Of a DNA stretch of 64,000 nt, positions 42,522-55,801 are shown piece by piece (position 1 is the stretch's first letter; each line of letters starts with the position of its first letter). The notes beneath the pieces were generated by a model. The model saw nothing but the letters and a program-made list of their open reading frames with translations, was not told the origin of the DNA and did not search any database. A program made the translations under genes and the position numbers. This DNA is from Paraspadella gotoi (taxonomy: Eukaryota > Animalia > Chaetognatha). The DNA is taken from the NCBI GenBank assembly GCA_051294375.1, contig CM119263.1, forward strand, positions 7,143,044-7,207,043, given 5' to 3'.

Positions 42522-43997
42522 AAATTTTTGGGGGGTGGGAGAACTCTTGGGGTGATAACTGGGGGGGGGTGTGTTTTTGAGAGAGGGAGAGAAACTCTTT
42601 TTAGATTCGTTGGAAGATGTCGCTTCCGGACGACAACGCTGAAGGCACGATGCCGAGTGCGTCGTCGATATGTGGAGAGAGCATGCGCATGCGCTAGAAA
42701 AAAGTAGCATGAAATCTAATCTGTGTTTTAAATCATTTAGCGCACTTTTTATATTATTTTTTAGTTCGACCAATTTTAATAAATTTTGAATTTTAATGAC
42801 ATCGAAAATGATTTCGTTGGGTTTTTAAAAAGTGTGCAACGCGCGAGCCAAGCTCTTTACCACCGACTCCAGTCAAGATTATGTAATTATAATCAAATAC
42901 AAAGTTTTGTTTAAAATAAGATTGTTTTCGATTATATGCTATAAATCAATTGTAAATAGATGTGTTCGCGTTTTGCTCGTTAATTTACAGAGAATAAATA
43001 TTTATATAATTTAATATATATAATATACAATTTTTATAATATAAAAATTTTTTAGGCGTTTTGCCATATGTAAAAGAATTCCATTTCTTTATCATTGTAA
43101 AAATTATTAACAAAAAAGTATAAACTTAAAAGGATAAACTTTAAGGAAAGTAAAAAAAGAAAATTACCAAAAAAAACCCTGATGTTCCCAAAGTTTTCAA
43201 TTTCGACTTTTTGATTTCCCCATCGTATGGAGAACCAACTGCCAGACAAAAACAAAAAAAAAATAAATAGAAAAGAAAGAAAAGCGACGACTTTGGGTAA
43301 AAGAAAAAAACATCATCTTTTTTTCCGCATTTTATCACCAAAAAGATGAGCGTTTTCGTCTGTCCTTATGTTTCTCCTGAGACCGCGCAAGCTAAACAAA
43401 AAAATATTTGAATTATTAATGGATAAGAATAAATATATTTTGTTTTTAGTATAAATGTTAGATTTATTTAAAAATAAACCTGCTTTCGGCTATTACGAGA
43501 TTAAGCGGATATAAGCAAGTTTTCGCAAGGAAAAGGCAGTGAACGGTGTTTAAATTTTAAAACGAACTTTAAGCCAAGTCATGGTTCTTTTATCATTTAT
43601 TTTTAAAAAGCTCAATTCTTATTCGGTCGCACAAAGATATCTTTGCTAGCGCGTCCTTGGTTTTTTGTGATTCCATGTTTGTGATCCCCTCCGCACGTAT
43701 GTGATCCCTTTTTTTGTTTTGTGCCCCCGAATGCATTCTCTCGAAATTATAATAATAATATCGCACGCAAATGCACGTTCAGACGTTGAAATCCTTTTGT
43801 CTTCTTTTATTTAATTTTTTTTTCGAAGAGAGAAAAATTGCGTGATTTAGATTCGTCTCATTTAAATTAAGCTTTTTTGAAATTCATAAGAGGAAGAGGA
43901 GTTGTCTCCTTAAAAAACCGCGGGCGTCCCTTAAACCGTAAAAAACCTCTCTTCCGGCTCGTACCTGCTTTCTTTTATTAGCTTCTCTCGTTCTAAA

Positions 43998-44085
<88 letters not shown>

Positions 44086-44518
44086 ATTTGTTTTCCTCTT
44101 TTTCTCCTTTGAATCCTTAATTGTGCTGACATAAAGATTCACCTCAAGCAGACCATTCAAAGTAAATTTTTTTAATTCATTTCAGTAACTTCCGTTTCTG
44201 AAATTCATTCATTCATACATGAATATTACTCATCTGTTTCAATTACATAGATAAAAGGACCTGCCCCTTATTTCTCTTACCCTCTTTTTGTTACCACTCC
44301 TTTCCTTTATATCCCCCGATCCATAACCTTTTCCCCTCTTTTCTGACTTTCCCCCTTTTTCCATTTTTGCCCTTTTTTTCCATTTTTGCCCTTTTTTTCC
44401 CTTTTTCACCTTTTCTTCCACGACCGTCGGCGAAGGTTGAGAGGCAGAATTAATGTGACATAAAATATGCAGAGGAAGTTGAGGACTCGGAGCATCTGGG
44501 TTACCTATTTTATGGTCA

Positions 44519-44554
<36 letters not shown>

Positions 44555-44930
44555 ATCTCTTTTTCTGTCTTCTCCTTCAACTAGGACTGAAGTCGATTTG
44601 TGAAAAGACATTTTTAAGACAGAGAGAGATAGAATGAGAGAGAGAGAGAGAGAGAGAGAGGGCAACAGCGCCTGAGAAAGAAAGTATCCCAGGTTTTAGG
44701 TTTGACTTTGACTTTGACCTCAGAATCAGATCGTCGAAAGCGAACATCGGCGTTAACGAGGAAAAAAAAATAAACTAAAAAAAAAGTCGTCCTTTTCATT
44801 TTCGTCGTCGTCGTCGTCATCGTCGTCTTCATCTATTCCAACATCAAATCACGTGAACGAAAAAAGTGAGCGAATGAATTGGGATTCGATTGAAGCCGTT
44901 GTTTACACTTAATTCTGCCTTAAGAAAGAA

Positions 44931-45152
44931 GAATGAGAATTGAGAATGAGAATTGCGAATTAGAATTGAGAATAAGAACTGAGAATTATAATTAGAATTG
45001 AGAATTTAGAATTGAGAATTGAGAATGAGAATTAAAAATGAGAATTGAGAATGATAATTTAGAATTATAATTGAGAATGAGAATTGAGAATAAGAATTGC
45101 GAATGAGAAATGAGAAATGAGAATAAGAATTGAGAATTGAGAATAAGAATTA
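44931..45152. repeat. Degenerate (gagaat/gagaatt)n satellite
   Basis: Mixed 6-7 bp units visible. Confidence 0.85.
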
Positions 45153-45382
45153 AGATATATCGTAACTTCGTAAGTGTATAGATAACTACCTCCAACGAAA
45201 AAAAGTCAAATTGATTATTTCACTTACTGCAACAATGCAACACATACCTTCTTTGTTGCCAATCACAGAATTTAACAAAAGTGTTTGAAGCTCGAAGGCA
45301 GAGTTGAGCAGCGAACCAAGGCATTGCACTCATGCATTTAAATGAACTCCCTCTAATTAGAGTCTAAACCACATATTCGCAG

Positions 45383-45514
45383 ATGGATGGTTGAGTGAAC
45401 CGAAGAAACGCGCTCGTTACGAGATCCTCATTAAACACGCAGGTGCAAGGCCGCCGGTACAGATTCTCTTCCGCTCGATACACGCGAGCGGCGGGTGCTT
45501 CCTCGACGCGACAG
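45383..45514 (+). CDS. Candidate internal exon (xGWLSEPKKRARYEILIKHAGARPPVQILFRSIHASGGCFLDAT), phase-compatible with the 46115 exon
   Basis: attcgcAG acceptor and acag|GTGCAT donor; 132 nt, open, phase 1-1; GC-rich island. Confidence 0.4.
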
Positions 45515-46114
45515 GTGCATGAAAGAAGCCCCTGCGTCCGTTAATCACTTTCGGTCGTAGATGCGTCATTTTGTTGTTGTTTGTTTGTTGGGGCAAAATA
45601 ATTCGAATTTCCGTCTTTTGTTTTTGTTAGTTTTCAAGGCGAGATTTTTGCATTAACCATCGCGCCCCCCTCGCCCCCCCCCTCCGCCCCATTGACGACG
45701 AAATTCCGGAGGACGGGATTTTTGCATAATCGAAGGACGAAGGGAGATGGCGCCGCTTTGTTTTAACCGGCGTCGTCAAGCTCCGAACGGGGCTGCAGGT
45801 GTAGAGCGGCGCCGATGATTTTCGAACGCTGCTGCCAATTTCACGTCAAATCCGCGGAACGGTGACGAACGAATCGTAGAGATTTTCATAATGGTTGATA
45901 TTAAATAAGTAAATAAAAAGATAAATAAATTGCATGAAAATCCTGACGCATGATTTGGCGTAGGTTTTAGTGGAGTTTGCATAAATATTGACACCTTTTG
46001 CATGATATCTAACAATAAAAGCTCAGATGTACAGTTATAATGACGATTTATATATTTTCTTACCCAATCTCCATTCGATCCTCTTCCACTTTCCCTCTCG
46101 TCTGGACCACTCAG

Positions 46115-47091
46115 CGAGCGAGGGCGGAGTTGTTCTGTCAGGTGACCTCCCTCTGACCAATCGTCGTCGCGCATCAGGAGAAAGCGTCCGCCTCGATCCT
46201 CATCTTCCGGCCGCTCTTCCTCCTCTCATTGAGTTTACGTCAGCGGTGGCGCCCGAGTCACGAGAAGGGGCGCCGCCTTTGGAGGCGTTGACGCTGGAGG
46301 AGGAAGAGGAAGAGGAGAAACAGAAGCAGAGAGAAAGAAGGGGCGGAAGGAAAGCGCCGGTGAAGACGCCGGAAGTACAGGCACCAATGGCTCCAACGGC
46401 GGCGTCGCTACGGGTGGAGGAAACGACGCCGACTTATGATGTTCCGGAATATGCGTCGTCGGCGCCATCGGTCACGACCACTGCGGAAACTCTCGTCCGC
46501 ACACCTTCCTTCCCTTCTTCCGGGATGACGTATGACGCTGCTTGGGAATCATTGGTTGATGCCGCTAAGCTAGAGATGCAGGAGAAAAACGAGGGCGAGA
46601 AGCAGATGCAAGATACTGTCGCTGCCGCGAAGCAGATGCAAGACACCGACGATGCTGCAAATCTGATGCATGGGAGCGAAAATCGCATTAAGATAAATCA
46701 AGGAGCTTCTAATTCCGCAAGGCGGGATACAGACGATGCCCAAAAACTAATGGAAGAAACCAATGATGATACAAAGAATGAGAAGAAAGAGAGGGAAATT
46801 CCGCGGGCGGATCAACGAATCCAGGGAACGCCGCCACCTCGACATGCCGTGCTGCCGGCGACCCCGGCCTCGGAACGGGATACTAAATTCGACGCCGAAG
46901 TCTTACTTTTGGCGCCGGCAATAATAGACGGCGATGTCGAAACGACTACTCCAATCGACGCCGTTTTGAGGGAAAAGAAACCGAATAAAACAAAAGAACT
47001 TTTTGCGAAGAGAAGAATTTCGCAGAATCAACAGTCGATGAGTTTTAAGATGTTGGAATACGAGGTGTTGTACAAGAAGGACAAAGAGTGA
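46115..47091 (+). CDS. Large terminal exon of an unknown low-complexity (E/A/T/P/K-rich) protein
   Basis: 354-codon ORF (46027-47091) that is not microsatellite-derived. Pyrimidine tract plus tcAG|CG acceptor at 46113-46114 (alternative at 46140-46141). In-frame 30-nt repeat KQMQDTxxAA x2. Confidence 0.6.
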
Positions 47092-47559
47092 GAATAAGGA
47101 CAAAGGACAAAGGACAGCGGACCTTGGACAAGAAGCAAAGAACGGGTGATGATGTGAGACAAGAATAAAATAGTGAATAGCTAGGGATTTTGTTAAGTGA
47201 ACGGCTTGAGATGGAAGGAAAAAGTAGAAGAGCCAATGGGTGAGATTAATTGAGCCAATGACAACTGAGGACAATAAGAAAAGATTTAAAAACAAAAGGG
47301 AAAAAAAATGAAATGAATAAAAAATAAAAATAACGATGTCTGGAAACCCATTGCTTTTTTATCTTTGCAATAAAAATTTTTTTTTAACATCTTTTTTAGC
47401 TCTTGTTTTTTTCAATGATTATTTGGTTCAATGATCCATATCGTGTCAGAATCAATGTCGTTCTTCACTTAAGTTAAGTAACGCATTTCATCGCTAAATC
47501 TCGATTGATTAGCACCAAATATTTATATTAGTAGCTTTTACAGTTTTTTTTTAGGGACA

Positions 47560-47595
<36 letters not shown>

Positions 47596-47605
<10 letters not shown>

Positions 47606-47660
47606 TGTCGATTTCGTTCACCTCGTCGGCCGAGAGAATTGGCGTTGATGACGTCGTTGG
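47596..47660 (+). repeat. 65-bp direct repeat, copy 1
   Basis: 62/65 identical to 54438-54502; both copies follow a (GA)n tract. Confidence 0.9.
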
Positions 47661-48982
47661 CGTCGCTTTTTCTCGGCGCTGTTTCCGGCCGTAGTTTCCG
47701 GCGCGAGTCTTGGCGCTGGCAATCAGCGTCGTCGTCGGCGGCGGCGCCATCCATCGCCGCTTGACGTCAATTACTTGGCGGGAAAATCAGCTCGGCGTCA
47801 AAATCTCCAAAATATGCGAAGAGGGAGAGAAACGTTGGAAAATGAAGAGGAAAGGAAGTGAGAAGCATCGAGACCACGGGAGGGAAAAATAGATAGGGAA
47901 AGTAAAAAGAAAAGAGAAAATGTTAAAAAAAAAGAAAAGTGAACAAAAAGGAGAGAAAAGAGAAAATGTCTCAAAAAAGAGAAGTGAAAGAGAAGATTAA
48001 AAAAGCTAAATAGAACAGGAAAAAAACTAAAACTAGTCAGTAGTACAGGCATTCTCTCTCTCTCTCTATCTCCTCTCTCTCTCTCTCTCTCTCCTCTCTC
48101 CTCTCTCTCTCTCTTTTCCTCTCTCTCTTCTCTCTTTCCTCCTTACTCTCTCTTCCATTACACCTGAGTAGTAGAGACAAAATATTTCCCTTCGATCTTT
48201 TCTGCCCAGAAAAAAAGGTTTATTGAAGGAAGAAGAAGCAGAGAGACTGACGATGGCCGCAGAGGAGAGAGAGAGAAGAGCAGAGAGGGAGAGCGAGATG
48301 AGCGATGAGAGAGAAGACAGATGAGAGAGAGAGAGAGAGCGGGGTGACAACCGGGGTGACAACCGGGGAGATTGCCTTGGGTGACAAAAACTGAGTTCAC
48401 TGTGAACCTTTAGTTGCTCTAAACGATGGATGAAAGTCTGTGAATATTAAAAGTAAGTATAATGTATAAAAAAATATAATCGCCTTCTTAAGAAAACTAA
48501 ATTCAATATCAGGAAAGCGAGTTAAAAATTTAATGAAATATACAAAGAAAAAAAATAAGGAAAAAAGAGAAGCAAATAAAAAAAAGAAGAAAAGAGTAGA
48601 AAAGAAAAAAAGTAAAAAAGAAGAAAAGAAAAGAAACTAACAGCCTCCCACAAAAAAACGTACCAAAAAAATAGAGAACTGAAAAAAAAAATAGAGCGGC
48701 GAGCGAAGGAAAAAAAAACATTAGCTTAACCATGTTGAAAAGAGAAATTACGCGGAGCAATTAGAGGTTCTAAGGTTAAAAAAGAAGGGAAAAGCGAAGA
48801 AAGAATAAGGAAAAGGGCGGGAAAAAAAAGAAGGAGGGGGAAAGACGAACGATGATGGAACCAATAATTTAGACTCGATGGTTGTTGTCTCTTGTCAAAA
48901 GATGCAATAGCGGCTCCATGGCTGAGACTTTTCCAAGAAGGAGGAAAAGTTGAACAAAAGCCCAACGAGAGAGAGAGAAGAG

Positions 48983-49024
<42 letters not shown>

Positions 49025-49182
49025 AGGAAGAGAGAAGAGAGAGAGAGAGAGAAGTGTGAGAGAGAGAGAGAGAGAGAGAGAGAAGAGAGAGAGAAGAGAG
49101 AGAGAGAGAGGAAAGGAGAGAGAAAGAGGAGAGGACGCAAAGAGAGGGAGAGGAGAGAGAAGAGAGAGAACAGAGAGAGAGT

Positions 49183-49217
<35 letters not shown>

Positions 49218-49841
49218 AGACGAGAGAGAAAGAGAGAGAGAAGAGAGGAAGAGAGAGAGAGAGAGTTAGACTGTGAGACGAGAGCAGAGAGACAGAGAGA
49301 GAGGAGAGAGAGAAACGAGAGAGAGAGAGGAGAGAGCGAGAGAGAGCGAGATAGAAGGAGATAGGGTGAAGAAGAAAAAGATTGTGAGGATCGGTGAGAT
49401 AGGAAAGAAAAAGAAGGGAAAAAAATAATGAAAAAGTAGGAAAACATCGCAAATACAAAAGAGAACGAAAATATTAAGAAAACCGCAACGACACTTATAT
49501 AGAAGGAATATTGTTATAAATTTTACCAAAAGATAAATTTTATTTAAGTTTCAATGACCTGTATAGATATCCATATTGAAGAAAAAAGTATGAAGTTTAA
49601 ATTTTGACAGCTTGACATTCATTTCGTTTCTATTTTCGTTCGCCGGTTGTCATTTCTTAATCCAAAATAATGTCAAATATGATTAGATTAAATTGCTAAT
49701 GCAAATCTAATTAATTCGACGGCTCGGTCAAGAGGAACTTGTCACATATCGGTGAACTCAAATGCGGGAAATTACCTGATTGTGTTAAAAGTCTTATACG
49801 GTTGAGAAAATAAAAAAAAAAAATTTCAGCCGGCGACAACA

Positions 49842-51464
49842 ATGTCAAAATGTTTCGATACGCGTCTTTCCCTTATTTCAACGGCGACGACTACGGAGAC
49901 GACGACGACAACGAGGGCGACAACAACGACGACAGGATCAAGTTCGACCTCCCCAACCGCCCAATCGACTCGGCTCCAATCCAACCGGCCCACCCGACCT
50001 CCCGTTCACCACCCAGCCCTCGACGGTGGCTGGGGCTGGGCCGTCGTTGTCGGCTGCACCCTCATCCACTTTTGCCAGTCGGCCTGCGGCAAATGCTTCG
50101 GCGTTCTCATTCTCGGTTTTCGCCGAGAATTTCCCGGCGCCTCCACCGCCGTCATCTCCGGCTTCGGCGCCCTCTGTTCTGGACTCATCAATGTGGGCGC
50201 GCCGGTTTCGTCGGCGTTGCTGTGGCGCGGTTTCGGCGCTCGTGGCGTCGTCGTCGCCGCCGGATTGACGATGTGCGTCGGATGCGTCGCAAGCGCCTTC
50301 GTCGGTTCAATATGGGCGCTGTGAGTTGTGTTAATTACATGTGTACATTGTACAATATTGAGTTAGGATATTTATTAAAGTTTAATATATTTTAGGCAAT
50401 TTTACTACTTAATTTATATAGAATATTCATTATTTATTATGTACAATGTAAATGGGATTAGCAGGAACCTAAAAATTATGGAAGATAAAAAATATTGAGT
50501 TAATCGTGTAAGTTAATGTATGTAAAGTTGATGAATCATGATGATTGTAACATATGATAATGTAATGATAATGTAAGTTAAGAAGTGAATTACAGATTAT
50601 GATTATACAAAGACATACGTGAGGGGCGTTGATCGTAAAATTCTGATCTGCGCGACATTTATTACTACCCCGTGTCCGTTCGCGAGTGACACCAAAAAAA
50701 TCTTTACTATACTTTAAATATTTAATAAACATAATTCATAAGTATATCATTATTTGGAGAACTACTTGACGCTTTTTATGTATAAGTTTCATTTCGTGTT
50801 TAATTTATTTACTTTTCTTTTTTTAATTTTTTATCTAACACAGTAAAATTGGCAAAAAAAGACCATTTTAGGCGTGTTCTTGATTGAATTTTTAAAATAA
50901 TTTATATCAAAAGAAATCCGTATTAATAAAGGATAGATAAAAAATAAATATAAGACGGAGTTTCCCATCCAAACATCCCTTTTTCCTCCAGCTATCTGAC
51001 CTACGGCCTGACGATTGGCTTGGCTCTTGGACTCGCCTACAACACGAGCGTCGTCATAGTCGGCCTCTATTTCGAGAAAAGACTGGCTCTCGCCACCGGG
51101 CTCGCCGTGGCCGGAGGAGGCGTAGCCGGACTTCTCTGCCCGCCTATCTGGACGGCGCTGCTCGACGAGTACGGGCTCAGAGGCACTCTGCTCGTCATGG
51201 GAGCAATTATGTTGAACGCCTGTTTGGCCGGGACTCTTTACCGGCCGATCGAGGACAATTACGTAGAGGCGGATGGAAAGGAAGGTCTGATCTCAAATAC
51301 TATATGTGAAAGTAAAATATGATCTCAAATGTGAAATTAATACTATTTGAGTACAAGTTTCACATCGAGAATAATTTATTCTTTATACGCTGAGAGAGAG
51401 AGAGAAGAGAATACGAGAGAGAGAGAGAGAGAGAGACGACGAGAGAGAGAGACGAGAGGGAGAG

Positions 51465-51496
<32 letters not shown>

Positions 51497-52899
51497 TCAA
51501 AGGTTGCGTGTTTAAATGTTGTTGTTATTCAACAAATAATAATGGATTTTTTACCAAAAATCTTACAAAAGAAATCGGAAAATTGAAAGAGGAAATCTCG
51601 ATCCCGCCCAACTCGGTCGCGTCTCCCTTCATCGTCTTCATTCTGATCCGTGACCCCAAATTCGCCCTCTATTGTTTGGGCTATTTCTTCCTGACGCCGG
51701 CCGTCATGAGCTCCTTCATGATGGCGCCGTCTCTCGCCGTGGAGCGCGGGCTCGGGGCGGTCGACGGCGCCGTCATTCTCTCCACCGCAGGCGCCGTGGA
51801 TTTGGTCGGCAGACTCTGCCTCGGCTTCTTTCTCGACAAAAGGATCGTCAAGGTTAGCCGGAGGAAAAAGGTCGGAATCGATTGTTGAAGGACAGATTTT
51901 GAGTCGTTCTAAACATACTACCCTCACTCAAAATAAAAGTTTTAATACAAGATTCGTAATTAANNNNNNNNNNAAAATAAAAGTTTTAAAACAAGATTCG
52001 AAATTAAGTTCATTTTAATGTATTTAATTATTTATTATAAAATTATTTTTAAATCGTTGGTTTTCCTTTCTTAACGCATAAATTTTCGTTGCGTTAATCA
52101 AATAATTTTTTTCTGCCTTTTTTAAATCGTATTATAATTTTTGATTTACCTTATTTTAATGTATGGGTTTCCTAATTTACTCAAATTTTCAAATATCGAA
52201 CAAAGACTCAATTGTAGCCAAAACGTCTTTATTTAAGCATTAACGTATTTATAACGAGTGTTCCTTTGTTTTCCCAACCAGGCCAACCGGCCCCTCATTC
52301 TCACTGGTGTCGCGTTGATCCAAACCCTCGCCGATTTCTCCGTCATCTCGAGCAGAGGACTTCCTCAATTCCTCATTTACTCCGTCGTTTATGGTGTCGC
52401 CCTCTGCGCTCAAGTCATTCTCAGATTCGTCGTCTTGTTGGTTATTAGAATGATCCATCAATCAATCAATCGCATCATTCAAATCATTATCAATCAAATT
52501 AAATTAATCACATATATAATCGATTTATTAGTCGCAACAATTAATCACATCAAACCATCTCAAATAATTTCATTAAATCAATCTAAGCTGTGAATCTTTC
52601 AATCACATTTGTGAATCTATCACTTCTTTCAATCAAATCAATCAACTCAATCCAATCCAATCCATTAGGACATCATGGGACGCGACAACCTCTCACTCAT
52701 GTACGGCATCTTGAATTTCGTTCTCGGCCTCGGCTCTCTCTCTATTCCGTCGCTGGCCGGCGTCGTCGCCGACGTCTTTCAGACTCACGCTGCGTCGTTC
52801 GTCTTCAACGCCGTCTGCGGCGCCGCTGCGACGCTCTGCTTTTTGGCGGCGTCGATTCTGCATCGACGGGACCGGAAGTCGGCGGAGATGAAATTGTGA
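49842..52899 (+). CDS. SLC16/MCT-family monocarboxylate transporter (MFS), 5 coding exons: 49842-50320, 50992-51284, 51572-51852, 52282-52440, 52669-52899 (~480 aa)
   Basis: Translation shows MCT signatures: DGGWGWAVV (TM1), LYLTYG...GLG-like, YFEKRLALATGLAVAG (loop 4/5), YGLRGTLL...LN...LYRP (TM6), VDLVGR (TM8), DIMG...YG...PSLAG..AD (TM11). All introns are GT-AG with compatible phases (2,1,0,0) and the exons sum to 1443 nt. The exon2 donor and exon3 acceptor are the least certain junctions. Confidence 0.92.
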
Positions 52900-53454
52900 C
52901 CAGGGATGATAATTGTTTCAAGTTTATGTACATTTCTATTATTTATAATGGAACAGTACAGTATATGAAATTTTTCAAGGGAGGCTTTACGAATTATATA
53001 AATTTGGTAGATCCAAAATTATCAATTAATTAATTAAATCATTTGACTTTAAAAAGTCCGACATCCCCTAACAAGTTCATAACAAGTTGCAAGCTTTCAA
53101 GTATTAAAACTCCCACAGTCGTATTTATTAGTTTCCAGAGCGTGCTACCAATGAAGTGCTGAAGTGTAATATTTTATTGTTTCTATGATGTTTTAATTGA
53201 AGAATTATGCATAATATTCATAATAAGCATAATATGCACCTTATATGAATTGAATGAACTCTACAAAATTATCCTGGCTTTTCTATCATTTTCTTTCACC
53301 TCTTTTCTCCGTCTTCCTTTTTCTCCATTATATCCTCTCTTCTCTTTTTCCCTTCCTTTCTTTTTTATGAGGTTAAAGAGGTGGCGGCGTATAGAGGGGC
53401 GTCGCCGAGTCTGACTCGCTTATTGAGTTACTAAAATTGGGAAAATGAGAGGGA

Positions 53455-53509
<55 letters not shown>

Positions 53510-54334
53510 AAAGAGTAAAGAGAGAAAAGGACGGAATAAGAAGTAAAAAAGAGAGAAAGAAAAATGTTCACCTCCAGCGGTTTTGGCCGAACTTAAGTCG
53601 GCGTCACGTGATGCTTTGTGTCTCAGATTCACAGATTCAGAATTTCGTTGATAGAGGGGATTTTTTAGTTCTTTGGTGACAACAACAACGACAACAACAA
53701 CGACAACAACAACAACCTTAACGACTCTTAAACTTACCTAAATCGTGACCTACGACTTAAGTCAAATAATTAACTGACCACTAGATTCGTTTCGACTCTT
53801 ATTGTTATTGTCGTTTTTCTCTCTGAAAATGATTTTGATCATTCCATGTTGTAATTAAAATTCGTGAAACGTCTTCTTATTTTCTTCTTTAAATTCCTAT
53901 CAAGTCATTTACCAAAGTTCTTAAAATCTGTAGTTATCAATGCTTATAATTTTGTTTAATCCTGTCCTCGTATAACGAAAATCAAGAAACGTCGCTCTAA
54001 ATCTAAGCCGACGACGACGACGACAACAACTACGACGACGAAGGCGTGAGTTTTTTTTTGTTGTCACGTCGTCCGACTGTGAAAACAATCATCGGCCTGA
54101 ATCGTTTGATCCAATTGTGAAGGTTATTGCGCGTCCCGTTTGGATTGCTTGCAAGATTGCCTGTCATCACAGGGTGCAATGGAAATCTCTCTATCTCTTT
54201 CTCTTTATCTTTCTCTCTCTCTCTCTTTCCTCTCTCTCTCTCTCTCTCTATCTTCTCTTCTCTCTCTCTCTCTCTCCTCTCTCTCTTTTCTTTCTCTATC
54301 ACTCTCTCTCTTTCTCTATCTATCTATTTCTTCT

Positions 54335-54380
<46 letters not shown>

Positions 54381-54437
54381 NNNNNNNNNNNNNNNNNNNN
54401 NNNNNNNNNNNNGAGAGAGAGAGAGAGACGTACGCGG

Positions 54438-54502
54438 GAGAAGATTGTGTCGATTTCGTTCGCCACGTCGGCCGAGAGAATTGGCGTTGATGACTTCGTT
54501 GG
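54438..54502 (+). repeat. 65-bp direct repeat, copy 2
   Basis: 62/65 identical to 47596-47660. Confidence 0.9.
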
Positions 54503-55747
54503 AAAGGAGCACAATTTCAATCCGATTCAATTTAGCCCATTCTACGCGTTACTGTTGCACAATCACTCGTCTTCGCGGTGAAACATCACGAATAGAATCT
54601 TGAATGGAATCAAAAACCGAATCAGGAAATCGAATCTCGAAGTGGAATTACATTTTTGTCAAGCATCACATTTTAGGTTGTCTGGGCGCCGGTTGAACTA
54701 AAAAAGCGACGACGACGAGGAAATTCTCGCTCGTCCTCGCAGATCATTGCCCCCTCCTTTTTCTTTATGGCTCAGCCCCCCCCCTTCGGACGGGTGATAG
54801 GGGGGGGAGACTCTTTTTTAAATGACCCAGAGACAATTCCCTTTTATTAGATTCAATTTCCCAGCCTTTCTGTACTCCACGTAAACCCCCTGACGGGAGA
54901 CATACGTGGAAAGTCTTTCCACGTGCGGTTCTAATGTATGATGTCAGCAATGTATTAATGGTGGCGCACCGGAGTTTCGGCGAATCCAGCGTTCCGACGA
55001 TCCTGGGTTCCGGCGTCCGAGTTAAGAGAGATTAAAGGATATCGACGATCGAGGAAGGGGAGGAACGTCGCACGCGGCGGTGACTTATCGTTTGCGTTTA
55101 CGACGTGCGACGCGCGCCCGCTCGAGTTGGTCACGATTCATTTAACAAAAGTTAATGAAAGGAAGAAAATGGAGAGATTGAAACGCTAAGGGGATATAAA
55201 ATCTCAGCGAGGATTTGTTAAAAGTTATGACGGTCGAGTAAAGATTGAAGTTTGAATCTTTTAAGTTATTGTTACTGTAATATCCACTGAGTCAAAAGCA
55301 GTTCAAGGTGAGAATTTAGAATTTTTGATAATCAGCATAAATGCATTTTATGAGAAATTATCCTTCGATTATTTTCTTAAATTATTTTTCTATCGGTAAT
55401 TATTGTCTAAATGTGTCGGAAAATGAAACAAAATCTAAAAAAGAAACTTTATCAGTCCCTCGCCCTCTCAACCTCTTGCCCTCTAACCTTCTTACCTTCT
55501 AACCCTCTTGCCCTCTACCAACCTCGCCCTCTAACCTCCTCACCCTCTTACCTTCTCAAACACTCTCCCTCTCGCCCTGTAATCCTCTAACATCTCGCTC
55601 TCTCGCCTTCTCATGTTCACCCCTCATCTTTTTTTCCTTCTGTTTTCTCTCCCTCCTCCTTTTTTCCCCATCTGAGATCTGAGCTTGTGATCAGCTTATT
55701 TCCTTTTTTCCAAATCCCAAAAGACGAAGCCACGCATGCGATATTGA

Positions 55748-55801
<54 letters not shown>

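Noticed and set aside
46435-46458. YDVPEYAS resembles the HA epitope YPYDVPDYAS
   Set aside because: It is embedded in a native ORF with no vector context; a chance match.
51930-52007. 34-bp direct repeat on either side of a 10-N gap
   Set aside because: Typical unmerged contig or haplotype overlap (2 mismatches), not a biological repeat.
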